DNA of 7,808 nucleotides from IMG/VR virus record IMGVR_UViG_2617270940_000002, positions 1 to 7,808 of that record. One strand, written 5' to 3'. The DNA is from a virus. Lineage: Duplodnaviria; Heunggongvirae; Uroviricota; Caudoviricetes. Below the pieces are notes generated by a model that worked only from the letters and a program-made list of their open reading frames with translations, searched no databases and was not told the origin of the DNA. Numbering within the stretch: position 1 is the stretch's first letter; each line of letters opens with the position of its first letter. A program made the translations under genes and the position numbers. This document shows, one piece after another, positions 1 through 5,644 of the stretch.

Positions 1-436
1 CTCGCGCATACAACCGGGCAGCGATGTGATTGTCTGCGCTGAAATGGACGAACAGTGGGGCTACGTAGGTGCTAAATCACGTCAGCGCTGGCTGTTTTAC
101 GCGTATGACAGGCTCCGGAAGACGGTTGTGGCGCACGTCTTCGGTGAACGCACTCTGGCCACACTGGAGCGTCTTCTGAGCCTGCTGTCGGCCTTTGACG
201 TGGTGATATGGATGACGGATGGCTGGCCGCTGTATGAATCCCGCCTGAAGGGAAAGCTGCACGTAATCAGCAAGCGTTACACTCAGCGCATTGAGCGACA
301 TAATCTGAATCTGAGACAACATCTGGCAAGGCTGGGACGGAAGTCACTGTCGTTCTCAAAATCGGTGGAGCTGCATGACAAAGTCATCGGGCATTATCTG
401 AACATAAAACACTATCAGTAAGTTGGAGTCATTACC
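1..436 (+). mobile_element. IS1-family insertion sequence, partial copy (3' ~436 bp, cut by window edge) with terminal inverted repeat at inner end (~414-436)
   Basis: Frame 2-421 translates to the C-terminal part of IS1 InsB; the element ends ...CAGTAAGTTGGAGTCATTACC at 436, the reverse complement of the IS1 terminal IR GGTAATGACTCCAACTTACTG; an exact inverted duplicate lies at 7373-7808. Confidence 0.9.
2..421 (+). CDS. insB: IS1 transposase InsB, C-terminal portion (5' end outside window)
   Basis: Translation ...[30 protein letters not shown]...[15 protein letters not shown] matches IS1 InsB; the frame stays open to the window start; stop at 419-421. Confidence 0.85.
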   Translation, partial: SRIQPGSDVIVCAEMDEQWGYVGAKSRQRWLFYAYDRLRKTVVAHVFGERTLATLERLLSLLSAFDVVIWMTDGWPLYESRLKGKLHVISKRYTQRIERHNLNLRQHLARLGRKSLSFSKSVELHDKVIGHYLNIKHYQ

Positions 437-472
437 GGCGACACCCGTTGTTAACTTATCCATGGATTTCAT
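437..472 (-). pseudogene. essD: pinholin (S21/EssD-family) 5' fragment, first 12 codons only, truncated by IS1 insertion
   Basis: Minus-strand ATG at 472-470 preceded by SD GAGGTGGGG; translation MKSMDKLTTGVA carries the dual-start MKSM motif of the phage 21 S holin/EssD and runs directly into the IS1 end at 436; position matches essD next to nmpC in DLP12. Confidence 0.5.
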
Positions 473-600
473 AACCCCACCTCGCAGACAAAGCGGGTGT
501 AAATTGAGGGAATACAACGTATCGCAAAAAAGCAGAAACGTAACAGACTCGGAGTCAGTGAATAACTCAGGTATTGGGTTATCAGCTAATATCGAGACTC

Positions 601-633
601 AAAAAATGGAAAAACCCGCTCGACGGCGGGTTT
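601..633 (-). terminator. intrinsic terminator-like hairpin with U-tract (minus-strand orientation), ~130 bp upstream of the essD fragment
   Basis: Stem 612-619/626-633 (AAACCCGC/GCGGGTTT, 5 GC pairs) with loop TCGACG; on the minus strand it is followed by UUCCAUUUUUU (611-601); the plus-strand tail has only 3 T. Confidence 0.4.
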
Positions 634-639
634 AAGCTG

Positions 640-1059
640 TGTGACGAAGTAACCACTCTTAACAGCATAACCAATTTTTTACGTACGTAAACCACTAAAT
701 GATATTTGCGAGAATGCTACCGAGTATTGAAAACACCACTACAAATACATAAGCAAATCTCAACAAATAACCAACAAATAATTTCCAGCGTTATTTTTAG
801 CTGGTTTAAATTGAATCTTCAAATTATAGAGCACTTATAAATAACAGCCATTAATATAAATTGGCTAATAGATTTATTTTTATTCAGCCAAGAGCCATGA
901 ATAGGATTCGATAGAAAAAGTTCAGATAAAAATAGAGATCTACTTCACAAATCAAATGAGAAACCAAAACTTACATCTTGAAATAATCACATTGATTAGA
1001 TGAATATTTATCGCGCAGTGACATCATTTTTTAATAATAGTTCAAAAAAAGGGCTCACG
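640..1059. promoter_or_regulatory. AT-rich divergent regulatory region between porin start and the late-operon terminator; exact promoters unresolved
   Basis: ~420 bp, strongly AT-rich, no ORF of 60 aa or more; porin SD AAGGG at 1049-1053; tandem 11-bp repeat at 760-781; TATAAT hexamer on the minus strand at 828-823; no convincing -35/-10 pair found by eye. Confidence 0.3.
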
Positions 1060-2142
1060 ATGAAAAAATTAACAGTGGCAATTTCTGCTGTAGCTGCATC
1101 AGTACTGATGGCGATGTCTGCTCAGGCAGCTGAAATTTATAATAAAGACAGTAACAAGCTGGATCTGTACGGGAAAGTTAATGCTAAGCACTACTTCTCC
1201 TCTAATGATGCAGATGATGGTGATACTACTTATGCCCGTCTTGGCTTCAAAGGTGAAACCCAAATCAACGATCAACTGACTGGTTTCGGTCAGTGGGAAT
1301 ATGAATTCAAAGGCAACCGCGCTGAATCTCAAGGTTCCTCCAAAGATAAAACCCGTCTTGCCTTCGCTGGCCTGAAATTCGGTGACTACGGCTCCATCGA
1401 TTATGGCCGTAACTACGGTGTAGCATACGACATCGGTGCGTGGACTGACGTTCTGCCAGAATTCGGTGGCGATACCTGGACCCAAACAGATGTATTCATG
1501 ACTGGTCGCACCACAGGTGTTGCAACTTATCGTAACAACGACTTCTTTGGTCTGGTTGATGGCCTGAACTTTGCAGCTCAGTATCAGGGCAAAAATGACC
1601 GAAATGAAGTAACTGAAGCTAATGGCGATGGTTTCGGTTTCTCAACTACTTATGAGTATGAAGGATTCGGCGTGGGTGCAACCTATGCTAAATCTGATCG
1701 CACTAATAATCAGGTTATCTACGGTAACAACGGTCTGAATGCTTCTGGTCAAAATGCTGAAGTATGGGCAGCTGGTCTGAAATATGATGCGAACAACATC
1801 TATCTGGCCACCACCTATTCTGAAACCCAGAACATGACTGTTTTTGGTAATAACCATATTGCCAACAAAGCACAAAACTTCGAAGCTGTTGCACAATATC
1901 AGTTCGACTTCGGCCTGCGTCCATCCGTTGCTTACCTGCATTCTAAAGGAAAAGACTTGGGTGTTTGGGGTGATCAGGACCTGGTTGAATATGTTGATGT
2001 AGGTGCAACCTATTACTTCAACAAAAATATGTCCACTTTTGTTGACTACAAAATCAACCTGATTGATAAGAGCGATTTCACGAAAGCATCTGGCGTTGCT
2101 ACCGATGATATCGTTGCTGTAGGTATGGTTTACCAGTTCTAA
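1060..2142 (+). CDS. nmpC: phage-encoded outer-membrane porin, OmpC/OmpF superfamily (NmpC/Lc type), intact, 360 aa with signal peptide
   Basis: ATG 1060 with SD 6 nt upstream; signal peptide [23 protein letters not shown] then AEIYNKD...; C-terminal ...VAVGMVYQF ends in Phe as in beta-barrel porins; convergent with the Q gene as in DLP12. The ORF-track start at 1000 is an upstream in-frame extension. Confidence 0.9.
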   Translation: MKKLTVAISAVAASVLMAMSAQAAEIYNKDSNKLDLYGKVNAKHYFSSNDADDGDTTYARLGFKGETQINDQLTGFGQWEYEFKGNRAESQGSSKDKTRLAFAGLKFGDYGSIDYGRNYGVAYDIGAWTDVLPEFGGDTWTQTDVFMTGRTTGVATYRNNDFFGLVDGLNFAAQYQGKNDRNEVTEANGDGFGFSTTYEYEGFGVGATYAKSDRTNNQVIYGNNGLNASGQNAEVWAAGLKYDANNIYLATTYSETQNMTVFGNNHIANKAQNFEAVAQYQFDFGLRPSVAYLHSKGKDLGVWGDQDLVEYVDVGATYYFNKNMSTFVDYKINLIDKSDFTKASGVATDDIVAVGMVYQF

Positions 2143-2305
2143 TTTGATTACTAAAAGATATGTTGTGGGAGGCTTTGCCTCCCCAACATATAAGTGGCTC
2201 CCTCAAGCCACTTCCTTTAGAAGCACAACCTTGCTTCTAACTATACAAACCTTCTGTTATATATTACCCTTTATTTTTGGGGGCGTTTCAACGCCCCATT
2301 TTTAA
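2143..2305 (+). ncRNA. structured 3' region immediately downstream of the porin stop, candidate IpeX-like sRNA / 3'UTR
   Basis: Three strong consecutive hairpins (2158-2191, 15-bp stem with one bulge; 2192-2213, 8-bp stem; 2217-2240, 9-bp stem) then a terminator at 2280-2303; IpeX is described as lying immediately downstream of the nmpC stop codon and ~167 nt long, and this span is ~163 nt. Confidence 0.35.
2280..2303 (+). terminator. rho-independent terminator (plus strand) ending the porin/3'UTR transcript
   Basis: GC stem GGGGCG (2280-2285) / CGCCCC (2292-2297), loop TTTCAA, followed by A-TTTTT (2298-2303). Confidence 0.55.
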
Positions 2306-2330
2306 TAACTTTTAGTAAATAATTGGCGTA

Positions 2331-2714
2331 TTAATTAGAGTTATTAACAACGATATCCATCTCTAACCGGATATCTAATGCCATTAACATCCCTTCAATT
2401 ATGCCCTCAGCCTTCTGTAACCTTTTCCCGATATAACCATCAGAGCAGCAATGCTTACCTGCCAGTGACATGAATGTCATACCGACTACATAATAATCTA
2501 CTAATAAATCGTGCAAATCGCTGTTGTTCTTTTTCAGACGGGCCATGCACCCGCAAATGATCATCGCGTCATCGTCACAACATTGCGGGCGAGATTTTAC
2601 TTTTGAAGTAATTAATCCCTTAAAACCGGCGGCAATGGACGACCAGGTCACATCTTCATGATTATTAGCCGCCCACGCTCCCCAACGCTCAAGAACCATC
2701 TGAATATCACGCAT
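2331..2714 (-). CDS. quuD: late-gene antiterminator Q (DLP12 QuuD type), 127 aa
   Basis: Translation [26 protein letters not shown]...[16 protein letters not shown]... recognised as QuuD; ATG at 2714 with SD GGAG 8 nt upstream; the ORF-track start at 2729 is an in-frame TTG extension. Confidence 0.85.
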   Translation of the reverse strand: MRDIQMVLERWGAWAANNHEDVTWSSIAAGFKGLITSKVKSRPQCCDDDAMIICGCMARLKKNNSDLHDLLVDYYVVGMTFMSLAGKHCCSDGYIGKRLQKAEGIIEGMLMALDIRLEMDIVVNNSN

Positions 2715-2799
2715 CAACTTACTCCACAAAAATCAGACCAGAACGCCAATTACAAGCAAAAATCAACGAAACAGTATTAGTTGATTGTTATCTCTGACT

Positions 2800-2940
2800 T
2801 CATACTCCTGCTCCTGTCAGGGTTTTGGCGTAATTCTTCAGTATTCGGTAATCGGTCAAAACAGAACCGGGGAAACGATATAAGCGCAGACGCCCCCAGC
2901 GGTGGCGAAGACGTTCTGCCATATAAAACTCAAACATCAT
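2800..2940 (-). CDS. ylcG: small protein YlcG-like (46 aa)
   Basis: Hand translation [46 protein letters not shown]; its ATG overlaps the rusA stop (ATGA at 2940-2937); size and position match ylcG between rusA and quuD in DLP12; below the ORF-track size cutoff. Confidence 0.6.
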   Translation of the reverse strand: MMFEFYMAERLRHRWGRLRLYRFPGSVLTDYRILKNYAKTLTGAGV

Positions 2941-3299
2941 TCATTCCCCATTTCGGTGATGGTCAGTTCCAGCCTCCCACCTTTGGTAACAGGCATCTTC
3001 ACAACGCGGTAATCAACGACCTGAGCATCATCCAGCCAGAAACCTGCTTTAGTGAGTGCGTCAAAAGCGGCTTTTTGCAGATTATCCAGGTCACGGCGAC
3101 GGCGATCCGGCATGTGGCACTCAATGCGGATTTTCACAGGCATAGCCAGGCCGATATCCAGCATTGCGTTTTTAATGATTCGGGCGACGTTATCGCGGTA
3201 TGCCTGCCCCTCTGCGCTGACGTGCGTGCGCCCGCGATTATGGCGGTAATAGCGATTATTGCTCGGAGGCCAGGGTAATGTGATGCTGTAGGTATTCAC
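2937..3299 (-). CDS. rusA: Holliday junction resolvase RusA (crossover junction endodeoxyribonuclease), 120 aa
   Basis: Translation [23 protein letters not shown]...[30 protein letters not shown]... recognised as RusA; GTG start overlapping the ybcO stop (GTGA). Confidence 0.9.
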   Translation of the reverse strand: MNTYSITLPWPPSNNRYYRHNRGRTHVSAEGQAYRDNVARIIKNAMLDIGLAMPVKIRIECHMPDRRRRDLDNLQKAAFDALTKAGFWLDDAQVVDYRVVKMPVTKGGRLELTITEMGNE

Positions 3300-3586
3300 G
3301 CCTTAATAACCCCCTCTTTCAGCCAGATAACCTGTGTTCTCGCCATACCTTCCAGCGCGCATTCTTTTGCATATGCAGCATCGACAAAATGTGTGCGGCG
3401 GTCGATTTCGTCGTGGCAGGCAGAACATGCAATGGTGGCAATCAGGTCTGGCGGTTTGGCACCGGTGCCGCACAATCCAGTCAGCCGGATATGTGCCAGT
3501 ACAGACGTTTCAGGGTTGCCATTACATACGCCAGGGATTCTTACCTGGCATTCCCGACTACGCGCTGCTTTTCTCAAATCAGCCAT
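3296..3586 (-). CDS. ybcO: YbcO-family putative nuclease (DUF1364), 96 aa
   Basis: Translation from ATG 3586: [37 protein letters not shown]...[11 protein letters not shown]..., Cys-rich; the ORF-track start at 3625 is an upstream extension; position between ninE and rusA as in DLP12. Confidence 0.8.
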   Translation of the reverse strand: MADLRKAARSRECQVRIPGVCNGNPETSVLAHIRLTGLCGTGAKPPDLIATIACSACHDEIDRRTHFVDAAYAKECALEGMARTQVIWLKEGVIKA

Positions 3587-3749
3587 GATTCCTCCTTGCT
3601 GCCAGTCGCAACCATTTTTTATCAACCAGGCTGGCGGTATATCCGAGCAGTGTTGGTATTTCGGAAGGCTTCAGCTCCGGTTTACGCTTACGACGATCTG
3701 GTACTCTGTAGATGTGTCCGTTCATGACACGAATAAGCGGTGTAGCCAT
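3579..3749 (-). CDS. ninE: NinE protein (56 aa)
   Basis: Hand translation [56 protein letters not shown]; its ATG overlaps the ybcN stop (TAATG) and its stop overlaps the ybcO start (ATGGCTGA); below the ORF-track cutoff. Confidence 0.75.
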   Translation of the reverse strand: MATPLIRVMNGHIYRVPDRRKRKPELKPSEIPTLLGYTASLVDKKWLRLAARRNHG

Positions 3750-4204
3750 TACGCCTCCTGCTTGTCGCGGAGCAGCTGGAACTCGCAGCTCTGCGGAATA
3801 GTCAGGTGGCAGCCAATATTCACCGCCCAGGCTTCAACCTTACACAGGAAGACATACATCTCTCCGGTATCAAGATCGGAGGTATGGCGTAACGACTGGA
3901 TAGTGGTGATATCACCGGTTACGACATCAACCAGGTCTTTGGTTTCATAACCGAGATATGTGTGTTTGAGAGCATCTTTTACCCAAGCTGGAGTAGCGAA
4001 CGTTTTACCCCTGCTGATGAGGTATTCACTGATTTCGCTGTACCACATGTGGCTGAGTGCATTCTGGGAAAGACTGCGTTTCTCACGCCACGGTTTAAGC
4101 ACCATGCGAAAGCATTTGCCCTCCTCCAGATAAGGCTGGATCTGCCGACCGATAGCGGTGAAGTTACCGCGATGTAATTTGATGCCATCTTGTGGGAGAT
4201 TCAC
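3749..4204 (-). CDS. ybcN: NinB/Orf-family recombination protein (YbcN-like), 151 aa
   Basis: Translation [15 protein letters not shown]...[21 protein letters not shown]... carries the NinB-like RSL-QN motif; GTG start at 4204 with SD GGAGGTG 5 nt upstream. Confidence 0.85.
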   Translation of the reverse strand: MNLPQDGIKLHRGNFTAIGRQIQPYLEEGKCFRMVLKPWREKRSLSQNALSHMWYSEISEYLISRGKTFATPAWVKDALKHTYLGYETKDLVDVVTGDITTIQSLRHTSDLDTGEMYVFLCKVEAWAVNIGCHLTIPQSCEFQLLRDKQEA

Positions 4205-4302
4205 GCTTCACCTCCGCAGAGGTCAAACGCTGGATACAATATATCGCAGGTGCATTTCTGCATCTGTGGAGGGAGAAGAGAGTTTGGATTGTGTGTGCGC
4301 AT
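4201..4302 (-). CDS. ylcH: small Cys-containing protein, YlcH-like (33 aa)
   Basis: Hand translation [33 protein letters not shown]; SD GGGGA 6 nt upstream of ATG 4302; stop overlaps the ybcN GTG (GTGA); a 33-aa ORF directly upstream of ybcN matches ylcH in DLP12 by size and position only (sequence not recalled). Confidence 0.45.
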   Translation of the reverse strand: MRTHNPNSLLPPQMQKCTCDILYPAFDLCGGEA

Positions 4303-4391
4303 AAACGTCCCCGTTTAGCGCAGAAGTCACCGGAGTTGTTCAGGCTCCGATGACATGATTATGGCGAGTTGATTATCGCAAATCAAAGGTT

Positions 4392-4748
4392 TTAATTGTG
4401 CTTTATTCCTTCAAGCGTTGCCTTCATACCAACCAAAGAAATGTTTAGCTCTCCAACTTTCTCAGGGCTATATAATTCAGAATGAAGCCAATATTCTGAT
4501 TTATCTAAACATCTTTTAGCCAGCTCTCGATCAAAGTCTACGACTTGGGAAGACGCTTCATACCAAAGCCTATAAAGTTTTTCTTCTTCGTTTGGGTTAT
4601 TAGGCTCACCACGTTTTAATTTTTCAGTATATAAAATTGTTGAATAAATCGCAGGAGTTAATCCAGTGATTGCCCTCTGCCGCAGATCGGATTTGTTTGT
4701 TATCCACCCCAACAGACGATCTCCCATCCATGTGATAATTGTATCCAT
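4392..4748 (-). CDS. hypothetical protein, 118 aa, no family recognised
   Basis: ORF MDTIITWMGDRLLGWITNKSDL...EPNNPNEEEKLYRLWYEASSQVVDFDRELAKR...; ATG at 4748 with SD-like AAGAAGGG ~9 nt upstream; AT-rich like the recombinase; occupies the position taken by ybcM in E. coli K-12. Confidence 0.5.
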   Translation of the reverse strand: MDTIITWMGDRLLGWITNKSDLRQRAITGLTPAIYSTILYTEKLKRGEPNNPNEEEKLYRLWYEASSQVVDFDRELAKRCLDKSEYWLHSELYSPEKVGELNISLVGMKATLEGIKHN

Positions 4749-5209
4749 GCTTTAGCCCTTCTTAGTAAATAGTGTGTAGGGCGACTGAAGGACCGAGTTT
4801 ATGCTTTTTCGCATTGCTTTCAGTTAGTACACCGGTATCGCACCGGAAACAATCCTACGGCAAATTGGTTGTCTGACCTCTCGGTTTTTCGTGCATTAAC
4901 CGATACCCACTACAGTCTCGGCGAAAGCTGCACACCCCCAGGGTGTACTGGTAGCACTCGGCACAGCCTAGCACGCCACTTTCTTCTCACTATCCAGTCT
5001 AATTTTATCCCCTAGTCAGACACTCAGATGTAGTGCTCCGCAGCGGCATGCGGGGGAATACAAAAACTCGGACAAAATTGGGCCCTCCTTTTTGAATCAC
5101 TCGCGGGGATGTAGTTATTAATACATGGAAAAAGATCTGTTTTCAAATCCAACATTATATGGTTTCAATACCACGGGGTGGCTATGTGTTTCTCATTGTT
5201 AATTGGAAT

Positions 5210-5533
5210 CTACTGTAATCGATCCGAACGTAAATGCGGCAAAACTCGACTCCACTTATCATCCTGCCACGGCCGGAATTTTACATGTGCCGTTTCTCTG
5301 GCAAGGATTGCCTGTGCCTTATTGAGTATCTGGGGATATTCTTGCTCGATAGAAGTGAAGCGACCAGCTTCACGATGCTCCGCAACCTGAAGAAGAGGAG
5401 TAACGTTCTGGTAGGTAATTAACATCACATTCCCTGCTCGCCATAACCAGGCGAGTGTGCAAAGTTCGTTATCAGTGAATTGTTTTGTGATTGGGTATTG
5501 TTGAACTGCTAGAACGAGAACGCCAGCATCCAT
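5210..5533 (-). CDS. hypothetical protein, 107 aa, no family recognised
   Basis: ORF MDAGVLVLAVQQYPITKQFTDNELCTLAWLWRAGNVMLITYQ...; weak SD (GAGA); longest ORF in the region, overlapped by two shorter plus-strand ORFs; starts 111 bp downstream of the recombinase stop. Confidence 0.4.
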   Translation of the reverse strand: MDAGVLVLAVQQYPITKQFTDNELCTLAWLWRAGNVMLITYQNVTPLLQVAEHREAGRFTSIEQEYPQILNKAQAILARETAHVKFRPWQDDKWSRVLPHLRSDRLQ

Positions 5534-5644
5534 TGGCAGTCTCTATAGTAAAACCATAGCTCAGGACGCTTCGTTCAGGATAGATAATTTTATTGTACTT
5601 ACCTAACTTTCTTACTATAGCACGGTTGAAAAAGTGATTATTAC

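Noticed and set aside
77-322. 81-aa ORF antisense within IS1 insB (and its twin at 7487-7732)
   Set aside because: Antisense to the InsB frame; not a known IS1 product (insA lies in the part of IS1 outside the window)
423-635. Plus-strand 70-aa ORF spanning the IS1 end into the flank
   Set aside because: Starts inside the IS1 terminal repeat and runs through the essD SD/start and the terminator hairpin; the minus-strand reading (essD N-terminus) explains the region better
969-990. OmpR-box-like sequence TTACATCTTGAAATAATCAC upstream of the porin
   Set aside because: Resemblance judged by eye only; no adjacent -35/-10 pair at the right spacing
1099-1941. Minus-strand ORFs of 128, 99 and 69 aa (1099-1485, 1642-1941, 1715-1924) inside the porin gene
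   Set aside because: Antisense to a confidently identified porin CDS; no SD signals and no protein-like features
2781-3950. Plus-strand ORFs (2781-3278 165 aa, 3052-3249, 3334-3588, 3389-3727, 3393-3950 185 aa) across the ylcG-rusA-ybcO-ninE-ybcN region
   Set aside because: All are antisense to the tightly coupled, recognisable minus-strand operon; low-complexity Arg/Cys/Ser-rich translations typical of the reverse frame of GC-balanced genes
3962-4188. ORFs 3962-4177 (+) and 3979-4188 (-) within ybcN
   Set aside because: Overlap the NinB-like CDS in other frames; the ybcN frame is the recognisable one
5131-5152. tRNA-like T-loop motif (TTCAAATCC) suggesting a tRNA fragment or att site
   Set aside because: Flanking bases do not form a T-stem or acceptor stem; no cloverleaf can be drawn
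4749-5209. Remnants of ybcL (PEBP) or ybcM (AraC) in the GC-rich island
   Set aside because: No PEBP DPDAP-type motif or AraC helix-turn-helix found in any frame by eye; frames on the minus strand after the 107-aa ORF stop close within ~15 codons
5178-5422. Plus-strand ORFs of 70 and 62 aa overlapping the 107-aa minus-strand ORF
   Set aside because: Shorter, Cys-rich, and the putative SD sits only 2-3 nt from the ATG; the minus-strand ORF is longer and more protein-like, though the call remains uncertain
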